Assembly (NCBI RefSeq): GCF_018350175.1
Contig: NC_058373.1
Span: 74,276,001-74,340,000 of the forward strand
Length of the DNA stretch: 64,000 nucleotides
Reading direction: 5' to 3'
Source: Felis catus
Lineage: Eukaryota
The stretch's first letter is position 1. Every line of letters starts with the position of its first letter. Below the pieces are notes generated by a model. The model did no database searches. It was given only the letters and a program-made list of their open reading frames with translations, and had not been told where the DNA came from. Both the position numbers and the translations under genes were made by a program. Positions 31,601 to 44,153 of this stretch are shown here, piece after piece.

Positions 31601-34600
31601 CAGAACTCCCCAAAGAAGGCACAAGGTAAACCTCCATTTCCGACCTCCCGCGAACTGGAACCTGGAGGGAAGCCTGGCGCAGCCAAGGGACCTGCGGCCA
31701 GGGGAAAGAGGGAAACAAGGTGGAGGAGGGGGACAAGTTGCCTTCAATTCTAATAGGTTGGCGTCGTCCTCTGGGACGGAAGCTCCTAGGCCCTGCTCCC
31801 TTTTCACAGCTTCCTGTCGTTCCTCTGTGGCCTCCCTTCTCCCCAGCATGTGTCCCAAAGTCTGAGCTAACCCCCAAGTCTCTCCCACAGCTGGTTCCTC
31901 TTGGCCAGCCCATGTGGGTGGCCTCTGGAGCAGACGAAAAGGAGAGGGTCCCACTGGTAGAGAGTCAGAGAGGATCACCAGAGACTTCCTGAGCCAGGCC
32001 CCCTGCAGGGAGAGGGACCTGCCAGGTCCCAGGAGTCCTCTTCCTCTGCCCCTGAGGCCACACTGGGTTTGAATCCTGCCAGCCCAGGTCCACTCTAGCC
32101 AGGTTCCAACTCCCATATCCATGGTCCGAGCTGTCTCCCTTCCCCAGGCTTACAGCCTAAGTTTAACTGAGCTTTCTGCAGTCTGATGTTACCACCTACC
32201 ACCAACACCCAAAACTTTCTAGGCATTTGACCTCTAAGGGGAGGAACAGGGGCATGCAGTCTGATGTGTGGAGCAGTTTCTGGTGGGCGAGGCCCTGGCA
32301 TCAGAGAAGGGCAACTTACCTCTCTTGGCCTTTGCTCTCTCTGAGTCACTCCACCCTGGGTCCGGGCCAATCAGAGCAGACCCTGCTTCTCCCTCTCCCA
32401 GGGGTGTGAAGGGACAGAGAACAGGGACCCTGCCCTCATGGGAATGGGCATGTACCCCAGCCATTGACATTCCCCAACAGTCAGCCTTCCACCCAGCTCA
32501 AAGATACCTACCCAATAGCAATATCTTATGCAACCCTTGTTGGCCCAGGTGGGCAGCCCTAGCTCTGATGCCTGGAACCCCAATACCCAGTTACTAACTC
32601 TCTGTGCAAGAGCCCTAATCTGGAAACCTGGGACTGTACCATCTCAAAGACTGGGTCCTTTGCTGAGGCTTTCACAGTCTTATACACACCAGAAGAAAAA
32701 AGTAAAAGCAGCTGCTTTTTTAACTTATAAAAACTATACTTAAGAATGGAAAGAACAGGGATGAGGGCTTTAACTACCAGACCCATGAAGCTGTCACCAG
32801 GGCACAGTTTATCGACACTGGGTCATAGGGCACCTCCTCATTTCCAACCTTGACCAGACAGAGTTAAACGTGGGCATGGGTTAAGACTACAATAACCTCA
32901 GCATGCCAACATACACCCTCCATGCCACCAGGCATGTGCCTTTATGCTCCTTTGGCAATATTCGTCCCTTGCTGACAAGAAAACACCCTCACTGAGACTC
33001 ATGGAGGCCACAAGGTACATGTGGTCTGAACCTATCCCACACACCTACTCTCACCTGCTCTTCAAGGTGCCTGCGCCAAGACCTGTTTTAGCATGCTCCA
33101 TGGCAGCCCAAGCTTTCTGTCCCCTTGACTTGCCCATCTTCCATGAGAACACCCAGCCCATTACCTATTTTTTGTCGTAGGCTTAGCCGGCCTGGGCTGA
33201 GCCCCTGGGGCTGGTCATCATGGCGCAGCATCCAGACCCTACGAGTACTCAGTGGAGATCTGGGCCAGCTGCCCGCTGGAGTTCGAGACTTTGTGGAGCG
33301 CAGTGCCCGCCTGTGCCAACCAGAGGGCATCCACATCTGTGATGGCACCGAGGCTGAGAACACTGCCACACTGGCCCTGCTGGAAAAGCAGGGACTTATC
33401 CGAAAGCTCCCCAAGTACAACAACTGGTAAGCCCTGAGCCCCGTGACCCATGGGATGGGAACAGCTTATTGGACAGAGGCCACGTTGGGTTTACCAAGAC
33501 AAACATCAAATTTACTAGACCATCCCAATGGAATGAGCAAGAATGGGAGCTCTGGGGGAAACAGAATCAGGAATTAGTGAGATTGGTCTATATTTTTTAT
33601 GTTAAGGAAAGAAGCTAATACAAATAAAAACCTTTGCTTCCCCCCCCCCCTTCCAAGTTCAGAGTTTTTGCCGAGGGCAGAGGCCTTTAGAAGGCTGGGC
33701 CAAAGGAACTACCCCTTAGATGGGACAAAATCTGGAGCAAGCAACTGAGGTGCAAATGGATGGGCAAAAATAAGACCCACAAAAGACGTAGAGTCAAAGT
33801 TGGACTTGAAAGATTGAGTCTGGGGATGAGGGAGATCATCTGGCCACGTCTTCCTGATAATCCTTTCTCCCCCAGCTGGCTGGCCCGCACAGACCCCAAG
33901 GATGTGGCACGAGTAGAGAGCAAGACAGTGATTGTAACTCCTTCTCAACGGGACACAGTGCCCCTCCCGGCTGGTGGGGCCCGTGGGCAGCTAGGCAACT
34001 GGATGTCCCCAGCTGAGTTCCAGCAAGCTGTGGATGAGAGGTTTCCAGGCTGCATGCAGGGTAACCGGGGCAGGGACACAGAAGCAGGGGCACTGAAGAT
34101 ATTAACAGGTTAGAACCCTTCATCCTGGTGGTATTTTTCCTCCACAGGCCGAACCATGTATGTGCTTCCATTCAGCATGGGTCCCGTGGGCTCCCCACTG
34201 TCCCGAATCGGAGTGCAGCTCACTGATTCGGCCTACGTGGTGGCAAGCATGCGCATCATGACCCGGCTGGGGACGCCTGTGCTTCAGGCCCTGGGAGATG
34301 GCAACTTTGTCAAGTGTCTGCACTCTGTGGGCCAGCCCCTGACTGGGCAAGGTGAGCGCCTACCCTGCCTAGGGGAGGCCACAGAGACCTGCTTGCATTC
34401 AGAGAAAACCCTCAATCCTACCCATCTGAATTAGTGAAACACCTCATTCCCAAAATCTAAAGCAGCAGTCTGGGCTGGGGTAATGCTGTGTTGGCAGAGC
34501 AATTTGCACAAGATTGAGAAAAGTCACTTATCCATGTCCTGTCCCAGAACAGGGACGTAGGAGCTGATAGATACTGGGGGTGCGGGGGGGTGTTAAGCTA

Positions 34601-37600
34601 CTCATTGGCACCACCACCGCTCCTCAGTGTCTCCCCTGCCAATCCCAATACCCTCCAGCTCCTAATGCCCCAGTTCCTCATGCCCCTACCAACAGCCGGC
34701 CCCATGACCCCATAACCCCATTGTCCCCAGGGGAGCCGGTGAGCCATTGGCCATGCAACCCAGAGAAAACCCTGATTGGCCACGTGCCTGACCAGAGAGA
34801 GATCGTCTCCTTCGGCAGCGGCTATGGCGGCAACTCCTTGCTGGGCAAGAAGTGCTTTGCCCTTCGCATCGCCTCTCGGCTGGCCCGGGATGAGGGCTGG
34901 CTGGCGGAGCACATGCTGGTGAGGGCCTGGTGAGGACCTAGGCAGCTGCAGGGAGCAGGGCAGGAGTGGAGCCTGGCTGGTCAGCCTCACCTCCCCACCG
35001 CCAGGTGCCGGGCCGGTTGGGAGGGACTCTGCCCAAATGACCAAAGCTTTGGCCCCAGGCTGCTGAACATTGAGGGGGCTTCAACTTGCTGCCACACCAG
35101 CCCTGTGGCAAGGTGGTGCGCCTGTTTAGACAATAATTATTTGTCCTCCCTGTTAACCCCTAGCTGTCCTTTCTGTGCAGACCATAACTGACCTCCTCTT
35201 TGTTCCCTCCCTCCTCGACACGTAGATCCTGGGTATCACCAACCCCGCAGGGAAGAAGCGCTACGTGGCAGCTGCCTTCCCCAGCGCCTGCGGCAAGACT
35301 AACCTGGCCATGATGCGGCCAGCACTGCCAGGCTGGAAAGTGGAGTGTGTGGGGGATGACATCGCCTGGATGAGATTTGACAGTGACGGTGAGAGGCCCA
35401 TGGATCATACTCAGTTCTGGCTCATACCAGAGCATAGGAGTCTCCCCTTCACTGCTCATGGTGGACCCTGCCCTATACCTCCTGGCAGTCTACCCACCCT
35501 AGAGACAGAAGGGCTTTCTCCATAAGATCTGGGGGCCAGCTCAGGGCAAGAGGGAACAGAATAGGACCTTCCATGGACGCACCTCTCAACTCTTACTGGT
35601 TGATCCTTCCTTTCCTTCACTTCTGCTCCTGACAGGTCGACTCCGGGCCATCAACCCTGAGAATGGCTTCTTCGGCGTGGCCCCTGGCACCTCTGCCACC
35701 ACTAATCCCAATGCCATGGCCACAATCCAGAGTAACACTCTTTTCACCAATGTGGCTGAGACCAGTGATGGTGGAGTGTACTGGGAGGGCATTGACCAGC
35801 CTCTTCCACCTGGTGTCACTGTGACCTCCTGGCTGGGAAAACCCTGGAAACCTGGTATGTATGATGGGGGAGTTGTGATACAGCCCCTAGGGCTCAGCAC
35901 CTTGATGACGTAAAAGGCTTCTCCACAACCTGTGGCTGTCCTCCAGGACCTCTGGGAGTCACAGGAAGTTATAAATATTCCCGGTTTCTAACCCCAGGTG
36001 AGATCTCAGGTCAAGTCCCAACTCCAGGTATTGGCTTTGGGACCTGGCTAAGCTGCTTACCCTCATGAACTTCAATTGCCCCATCAGCTAAATGGAGGCA
36101 GTTACCAAAGTACCTATCTTGGCTGTTGGAGAGTTAAATTAAATAACGCATGCAGGAGTGCCGTTGGTTAAGCGTCCGTGTCTTGATTTTGGCTCAGGTC
36201 ATGATCTCACAGATCGTGAGTTTGAGCCCCTGCTTGGGATTCTCTCTCTTCCCTCTCTCTCTGCCCCTTTCCCCCTCAAACTAAATAAATAAACCTTAAG
36301 AAATAATAATGCATGCAAAGTGTTCAGCATAGTGCTGAATATATAGCAAATTTTTGGTAAAAATAAGCTGGAGCTTTTTTTTTTTAAGTTTATTTGAGAG
36401 AGAGAGAGAACAAGTGGGGAAGCACTGAAGCACAGACCCCAAAGCAGGGCTCAAACTCACAAACCCTGAGATCATGACCTGAGCTGAAATCAAGAGTCAG
36501 ACACTTAACTGAACCACCCAGGTGCCCTTGGAATTTTTTTAAAAAGGAAAGGGAAGGACTGTTTTGAAAATTTTTACACAAGGACTTGGGCTCAAAGCAT
36601 AGTCCACAAAGTTTGACCCATTAGGGAGGAGGAAGCCTGCCCCTCCCCCTGCCACTTGGCTCCCACCATCCCTTGTATAATAATTATTGTCTAAAGGTCA
36701 GCGTTGTTACCCTCACCCTTCTCTATCCCTCTAACACGCACACCCAAATCCTTCCAGGCGAAATCAGACCAGCTCTTTAGCCTCTTCTAACAGCTAGTTT
36801 CTCAACCCTGTCATCGCCCCTGGTGCCTAGCAGCCCTGCCCCTCCCCCAACCCTGCACTCTGGACCTTCTGCAGTTAGCCCAGAGACCTAAGAATGGAAG
36901 CAAAGAAGGGCATGCTGGGGAGGGTGGCCTTGTGGTCACTGAAGCCTACATTCACGTCTTCCAGACTGACCAAGCATTCTCCCTCCTTATCTAATCACCC
37001 CTTGCTTTCTCCACCACCATCATTAAGCCCTCCTTGGCCTTCCCACCCAACTGAGAAACCCAAGAAACTTTCATACTTCCCCGCAGGCTAGTTCCCCAAC
37101 CCTTTCATCATCTCTAGATTCACGGGTATAACTAGGGCATGTTGTGCCCAGCTGCTATTCCCAGAATAATACCCTGTGCCAGGGTCCTAAATTGGGGGCT
37201 GCTGGAAGTGCAAGAGGCTCTTATATGCAAGTGGAAGCAGGAGCTGGGCAGGTTGGGGGGGGGCGCGCGGCAGGGAGAGATGGGCTGGCTGTAGAACTCC
37301 CTTGCCCCCCTTCCCAGGTCTAACCAGCAACCTCTAGCAGAGAAGCTTCTGTGTCCATTTAGGACCCCCATGGTGGTGTTTTATACACATGCCACTGACT
37401 TGGTCCCATTCTCTCCCTAGGGACCAAATGTCCTATGCTCCTCAGGTTTCACCTGCCCAGGTTATATGTGAGGTCTTCAAGACATATTGTTCCCTCTGGG
37501 TCTAAGGAGACCCAGGGAAATCACCAAAATTCTTCTAGCTTCAAAATCGATTGCTGTTTACATTTTGAAAGCTCAGAAGACCCCATCTTCCTCTATTTGC

Positions 37601-39482
37601 TGATGGAAAGTCAATTGTCTGAAGTACTCATTGACAGCCTCAGTTTTTGCTTTAGGTTTGAATGTTTGTTTGAATAATAATCCCACAGTGGGGCGCCTGG
37701 CTGGTTCAGTTGGTTGGGTGACCAACTTCAGCTCAGGCCATGATCTCACAGTTCGTGGGTTTGAACCTCACATCAGACTCTGTGCTGACAGCTCAGAGTC
37801 TGGAGCCTGCTTCAGAGTCTGTGTCTCCCCCTCTCTCTGCCCCTCCCCTGCTCACGCTCTGTGTCTCTGTCTCTCAATAATAAATAAACATTAAAAAAAA
37901 TTTTTTTTAATCCCATATATAAATCATTTCTGGGATAAAATTTCTGCGAAAACCTTATGCCAAGATCTAAGCCCATTCTCTTGAGCACTGGCCAATGCCA
38001 AGTAGCTACAGCTTGGCATAGACAGTAGTGTCCTGCTAAACCCCAATTCCTTGCCCATTCTTTCTCACATAGCACAGCTGGTAGCACCATTATGGATAAA
38101 TAACCTGATCTTTTGGGAAAGATGTCCTGGCTCCCTTCTCCCTGCTCCTTACCACACAAGGTTGCAGGGAGTTGATGACGCAAACAGAAATTTTGCAAGA
38201 GTGCATGCAAATATATGTGTGTGTTGGGGGTGGAAAAGCCCTTGGAACTGGAAGTATTTGTATTTCCCCTGCCAGGAGACAAGGAGCCCTGTGCACATCC
38301 CAACTCTCGCTTTTGTGCCCCGGCTCGCCAGTGCCCCATCATGGACCCAGCCTGGGAGGCCCCCGAGGGTGTCCCCATTGATGCCATCATCTTTGGAGGC
38401 CGCAGACCCAAAGGTAAGCATTGTGTGGGCTCCATGCCTTCTTGGTAAAAGGTCTGTCTCCATCTCAGGGCCTACCTCCCTCTTATACTTAAAGCTCAGC
38501 CTAGATTGCCAACTGTAGCTGTCTGTCTCTAGAACTATCCCCTGGAGAATGCAAAATATGGGGAGGCATGGGGTTTGAAAATGGGAAAGCAGAGATACTA
38601 GGAGAGAGACCAGGAATCAAGATCACCAGGAGGGAGGAGGTGAGGGCCCACAGACAAAAGCTGCCTGTGACCCTGTTCACTGGTGTTCTAGGAGTACCCT
38701 TGGTATATGAGGCCTTCAACTGGCGCCACGGGGTATTTGTGGGCAGTGCTATGCGCTCTGAGTCCACTGCTGCGGCTGAACACAAAGGTGAGTGCCATCC
38801 CTATACACCCACATGGCTGCTTCTCTCCCTTCCTGAGCCAGACCTTCCTCCCTTCCTCCTGCCTGCCCTTTCCACGGGTCTCTTTTCCCAATCCCTTCTC
38901 TTCACCCTACTCTTGAGGATCTTCTGGAGCCACCAACATTTCCCAACTTCCTCCAGCTGGATGCAGGGTGCCCTTCTCTTCTCCAGTTAGGAGGAAGATT
39001 CCTTACCCATCCTGCTCCCCTCCCCAGGGAAGGTCATCATGCACGACCCATTTGCCATGCGGCCCTTTTTTGGCTACAACTTTGGGCGCTACCTAGAACA
39101 CTGGCTGAGCATGGAGGAGCGCAAGGGGGCCCGGCTACCCCGCATCTTCCACGTCAACTGGTTCCGGCGGGATGAGGCGGGCCACTTCCTGTGGCCAGGC
39201 TTTGGAGAGAATGCTCGGGTGCTAGACTGGATCTGCCGGCGGCTAGAGGGGGAGGACAGTGCCCGAGAGACGCCCATCGGGCTGGTGCCAAAGGAAGGTG
39301 CCTTGGATCTCAGTGGTCTGGGAGCCATAGATACCACACAGCTGTTCTCACTCCCCAAAGACTTCTGGGAACAGGAGGTGCGTGACATTCGGAGCTACCT
39401 GACAGAGCAAGTCAATCAGGATCTGCCCAAGGAGGTGTTGGCTGAACTGGAGGCCCTGGAGGGACGTGTGCGCAGAATGTGA
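31142..39482 (+). CDS. PCK2: Mitochondrial phosphoenolpyruvate carboxykinase (GTP), 640 aa
   Basis: Exons 31142-31170, 33181-33426, 33876-34060, 34148-34351, 34731-34918, 35226-35388, 35636-35854, 38276-38413, 38692-38787, 39028-39482. Total 1923 nt. Arg-rich presequence, [23 protein letters not shown] and NWFRRD motifs intact. Confidence 0.98.
36155..36300 (+). mobile_element. Can-SINE in PCK2 intron 7 (interrupts a MIR)
   Basis: SINE head and tail; 13-bp TSD aataacgcatgca/aataatgcatgca. Confidence 0.85.
36375..36527 (-). mobile_element. Can-SINE in PCK2 intron 7
   Basis: Poly-T followed by antisense body ending ccacccaggtgccc. Confidence 0.9.
37690..37905 (+). mobile_element. Can-SINE in PCK2 intron 7
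   Basis: Full-length body; taatccca flanks both ends. Confidence 0.95.
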
Positions 39483-40094
39483 CCTGAGGCTCCAGGCTAG
39501 CAGGAGAACAGAGCACCCCCCCATCTGTCCCAGCCGCCATCTAGGGATAGGAGAGCCACCAGGCTTGCAGAAAGTATGAGCAATTGGATAGAACTAACAT
39601 CTGGGTGCCATGAGACCAGGCCACAGGCCTTCTCCAACATGCTAATAATAAGAGATGCTCATTTATTTTACACAACTTTTGTGCTGTTTCATTCCTGCCT
39701 GTCTTCACAGGCTTCTCTCTAACACCAATTTCGTAGACTTCTTGCAGCTCTCCAAGCAGCCAGCACCCTGGTGCAGCCTGGCCTGGCGCAGCCCGGTGAT
39801 ATCCAGGACCTCTCTCACAGGCAGCGCTACCACTGGGCCATATAAGTGGGAATTTCTGGGAGAAGGCACATCTGCTGTGTGTCCCCAGTTCTTAAAAAGA
39901 CAGGGGCCTCTACCAGCTACTCCGTATAGCCTCCAGGCCTTAAATTTCTGACCTCCCACTTGGAGACCAGAAGCCTCTATAGTCCCATCCCCAGTGAAGC
40001 AGTTCCATTGTCAGTCGTCAAACCTGTTCTTCTTCCTGCTTGACCTGACACTGGGACGCCAAAGCATTCATGAAAGCTCATTCAATATTAAGAG

Positions 40095-40245
40095 AGCTAA
40101 CACTTATAGTACCTTCTGTGCGCCAGGTACTGTTCTGAGCACATTACAAAACAACCCTTTGAAGCAAGTACCACATTACAGATGAAGAAACAAAGGCATA
40201 CAGAGGTCAAGTAATTGCCCAAGCCCACACAGCAAACAGGAGAAC
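40095..40245 (-). mobile_element. MIR remnant
   Basis: ttctgtgcgccaggtactgttctgagcac...ttacagatgaagaaacaaaggcatacagaggtcaagtaattgccc. Confidence 0.75.
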
Positions 40246-40342
40246 CAAGGATAAACAATAACGGCATAGACAATAACGGCATAGACATCTCTCATAGCAG
40301 CATAGACTGGAGAACTATAAGGATTTTAGATGTCCCCTATTC

Positions 40343-40498
40343 CATGCTTCTCAGACTTAAAAGTGCATATGAATCACCTGGGGATCTTGATAAAATGCTC
40401 ATTCAGCAGGTCTGGAGTGGCCAGGAGATTATTTTTCTTACAAGCTCCTAATTGATGTTGATGCTACTGGTCCAAGGACCATAGTTTAAGTAGCAAGG
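40343..40498. mobile_element. MER5-family hAT relic
   Basis: catgcttctcagactt...gaatcacctggggatcttg...ggaccatagtttaagtagcaagg. Confidence 0.75.
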
Positions 40499-40771
40499 CC
40501 TTGGCCTAAATCCTCAGAAATCAGCTTTATAGGAAGACCACAAAGGGAGCGATGATCCTCCATAAATCAGGGGCACTGGCTGAGGGATAACTTCACCTCT
40601 GATCTGAATCAGGCTGAGGGCATGTATAAACAGACTGGTAGGATGGAAGTCCACACCCAGAAAATGAGAATAAACTCCAACAAATAAAATGGAGTTTCTG
40701 GGAATTGCTGCAAAAGAAAAAACTGGAGGAGGAAACACCAAGTGTTTCATAGAGAACAGCCAATAACCAAA

Positions 40772-40805
40772 CAGGGTCGGGCCTGGTTAGTACTTGGATG
40801 GGAGA
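40772..40805 (+). pseudogene. 5S rRNA internal fragment (nt about 57-90), tailless retropseudogene
   Basis: CAGGGTCGGGCCTGGTTAGTACTTGGATGGGAGA matches recalled vertebrate 5S rRNA exactly over 34 nt; flanked by direct repeats gagaacagccaataacca (40752-40769 and 40802-40819). Confidence 0.92.
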
Positions 40806-41442
40806 ACAGCCAATAACCAGCTATCATGTGTAAGCAGAGAAGAAGCTAAGGTCAGAGTGGATCACGTGTTAATGTATAATTAGTAATGGAGTCTATTATA
40901 CTTAAAAATATACAGCCAAATCTTCAGCTTCATGAATGGCATGCAATACCTGAGAAAATGATCAGAGGGCGGCACAACAGAGATGTTAGGCACACGGTAG
41001 AGTCAGGTGCCTCTGGGTTTCTTCATCTGTAAAACCGGGATGTGCCTGCACCTCGGTGTTGTTAGAAGGATTAAAGGTCAGTGGAGCCAGCACTCAGAAC
41101 TGTTCCTGGCATGGAGTAACCACTGACTGTATGTTAGCTGCTCTCACCTTTCCACTCTATATTGATTAGAGTGTGTCCTGTAAGCCTATGTCATATATTG
41201 CTGATGCTACAGTTTAAGAGGAGAGTGAGCAATGTAAATAAAATTTAGAAGAGAAAGAAAATTGGTTTGGAAATAAGTCCCTCCAGGAAAGAGGCAGGGA
41301 ACTGGGGTTCCAGAGCCCTCCAGGTATCTAAATGCCCAGTGATTTAAAGGTATTAGCCTTAAAAATTATTTTGACAATTAGAATAAAATTAGGCTACATG
41401 CCCTGCAGAGAAATGATAAAATGTAGTTAACACACTATTAAT

Positions 41443-41771
41443 TTTTTTTTAAGTTTGTTTATTTTGAGAGAGGGAGAGACGGGCAGAGAAGAAAAGGGAG
41501 AGAGAATCCCAAGCCAGCTCAACATTAAGCACAGAGACCAATGCCAGGGCTCCATCTCACTGAACTGTGAGGTTATGACCTGAGCCAAAATCAAGAGTTC
41601 GGCACTTAACCGACTGAGCCACTAAGGTGTCCCTAACACATTTTAGTTAATCTTTTTATTTTACTTTAAGTTTTTTATTTATTTAAGTAATGTCTACAGC
41701 CACCATGGCGCTTGAATTCACAACCCCAAGATCGAGTCGCATGCTCTTATGACTGAGCCAGCCAGGCATCC
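41443..41771 (-). mobile_element. Two Can-SINEs (about 41443-41633 and 41660-41771)
   Basis: Antisense SINE bodies with poly-T tails. Confidence 0.85.
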
Positions 41772-42467
41772 CTCATCTTTTTATTTTACGTTAAAACACA
41801 GATACAGAAAACCATGAAAAACAAAGGTATAGCTTAATAAACTAACAGAAAGTGAACACTTGTAAACCATCATCCAGAGAAAACAACAGAACTTTGCAGA
41901 CACCCAAAGCCCAGCCACCCCCTCCCTACATTCTTCACCTTCATCATAGCCCCTCCTTCCTGGCATAGATGGATATTGTGATGCATGATAATTATGTCCT
42001 TTAAGTTTATTTTTGTAGTTTTATCACCCAAGTGTGGATCTGTAGACATTATGGTTCAGCTTTGCCCATTTTTAAGAATTTCATATGCCTTTTAAGTATC
42101 AATATAGAAGTTCCCCCTCCATTCCTTTCTTTTCCCTTAATTTAATCATTGAAGCATCCAGACCTAGATGCTTAATGCCTAGATTCATTAATTTACCAGG
42201 GATTTCAAGACAGCTATATTCAAACTGTCATAATTGTTGGAAGTTTTACAAAAGGACACTCCCTTTATATTCTATTTCATTACCTCCAGGTATAGTTTAT
42301 AGAGAAGCAACAAAGTAATTGATTCTTTTCCTTTATTTACCATCTCCAATATGATTTAATTTTCTATCATCCTGCAAAAGGGCAAACAATTAGTTACTTA
42401 CACACACATACACCATTATGAACTCATGGATTTAAACATACTTAATGTTTATGAAGTTACCCTTTTA

Positions 42468-42684
42468 TTTTTTTTTTAAGCTTTATTTATTTTTGAGGGA
42501 GAGAGAGAGAGAAAGAGCGTGAGCGGGGGAGGAACAGAGTGAGAGGGAGACACAGAATTTGAAGCAGGCTCCAGGCTCTGAGCTGTCAGCACAGAGCCCA
42601 ACGCAGGGCTCAAACTCATGAACCGCAAGATCATGACCTGAGCCAAAGGTGGACACTTAACCGACTGAGCCACCCAGGCGCCCC
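42468..42684 (-). mobile_element. Can-SINE with perfect 17-bp TSD
   Basis: atgaagttaccctttta at 42451-42467 and 42686-42702. Confidence 0.95.
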
Positions 42685-42750
42685 AATGAAGTTACCCTTT
42701 TAGTGCTCAAATTATCCCATCTTTGACCATGAGAACTTGGCTCCTGAGTC

Positions 42751-42751
42751 C

Positions 42752-42783
<32 letters not shown>

Positions 42784-42901
42784 GAGAGAGAGCAGTTGGG
42801 GATGGGCAGAGAGAAGAGGCCAACACAGGGCTCAAATCCATGAACCGTGAAATCATGACCTGAGCCAAAATCAAGAGTTGAATGCTTAACCGACCAAGCC
42901 A
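42751..42901 (-). mobile_element. Can-SINE, head-truncated
   Basis: TSD ctgagtcctttt on both sides. Confidence 0.85.
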
Positions 42902-43072
42902 CTGAGTCCTTTTGACATTACCCTGATAGTGTTTGCTGGCTTCTTGCTATCTGGTAAAATAAGCTGTTCTGTGTTTGTCTCGTACATTTTCTGCCCCAGA
43001 CCTGGAATCAGCCATTTCTTTAAGCTCTGGTGGCTTTCCATGGGAAATGGCATTTTAAGATCTACTACTGGT

Positions 43073-43235
43073 GGGGCGCCTGGGTGGCTCAGTCGGTTGA
43101 GCGTCCGACTTAGGCTCAGGTCATGATCTCAGGGTTTGTGGGTTCAAGCCCCGCCTCAGGCTCTGTGCTGGCAGCTCGGAGCCTGGAGCCCGCTTCAGCT
43201 TCTGTGTCTCCCTCTCTCTCTCTGCCCCTCCCCCA

Positions 43236-43284
<49 letters not shown>

Positions 43285-43316
43285 AAAAATAAATAAAATA
43301 TTAAAAAAAAAAAAAG
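43073..43316 (+). mobile_element. Can-SINE with expanded (CT)n
   Basis: TSD aagatctactact at 43057-43069 and 43317-43329; (TC)n about 43241-43280. Confidence 0.95.
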
Positions 43317-43788
43317 AAGATCTACTACTCGATTGGTCATTGTTTCTAGACCTTTTCAACAGATATAGTAAGATAAAACACTTCATGAGTTCACACTGAT
43401 AGTTCCTATTCAAATTCCTGGCTAAAGAAAGGGTTTTTAGCTTCTGTATCACATCTGTACCTCCTCTCTGCCACACAAAAATTTCTGATTCTCAAGGTCA
43501 CAGGACATGAGAGTATTAGAAATCCCATAATTACTCAATTGCTTTTTGGTCAACAGAATTTAAATCCTAGGTAAATTAACATACTTCCCCTTTCCTTCTA
43601 CACAGAATGCTACAAGAAGATAATGTAATCAGTCGCTTAGGAAGACAACTTTCCCTTGTGTAGCCCAGAGCTGTACACGTGTCCAAGAAACTCTGCAGTT
43701 GCCAGCCTGCAAGGTGGGGTGGGGGAGAGGGAGGCCAGGGTTAGCCAGAAAAGAAAAATCTGCTCCCCTTCTTCCTCTCTAGCCCAGC

Positions 43789-43802
43789 CTGCCCTCTAGT
43801 GG
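43789..43802 (-). promoter_or_regulatory. CTCF core motif
   Basis: Reverse complement reads CCACTAGAGGGCAG, a close match to the CTCF core consensus. Confidence 0.6.
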
Positions 43803-44153
43803 GGATGCTAATGAACAGGAAATAGCACAAGGCAGGTCACAAAGAAAGTCAATTAGCTGACATTTACTTAGCAATCACTAGAATAAGTCCTAAAATGGGT
43901 GCTGAAGGTAGAAAAGTTCTCTGTGGCATTAAGCGGCTTCAAGTGTGGCTGGGAAAACACGAAGCTGCCCAATGAAAAGCACTTCACAAAATGTCACCAA
44001 GCAACATACCAAATTTCAAAATCATGAGAGGGAAGGTCAATAGTTTCTCAAAATGACTTAATTGTTTTAAAAGAAATGGTATATTTCTTTCAATGGAACA
44101 CATAGCATATCCTAAGACATAAGTGTCCATATGCATTTAAAAAGTATTATAAA

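Larger units (their letters stand above)
41780..43530. mobile_element. Old AT-rich L1M-like remnant split by younger SINEs
   Basis: AT-rich degenerate L1 3'-like text between SINE insertions; family not resolvable by eye. Confidence 0.4.

Noticed and set aside
36693-36700. NBRE AAAGGTCA (also 41073)
   Set aside because: An isolated 8-mer is expected by chance at this window size.
37812-38435. 207-aa minus-strand ORF
   Set aside because: Composite of antisense PCK2 exon 8, intron and a SINE.
40772-40805. Functional 5S rRNA gene
   Set aside because: Only 34 of about 120 nt are present, with no 5' end or terminator; called a retropseudogene instead.
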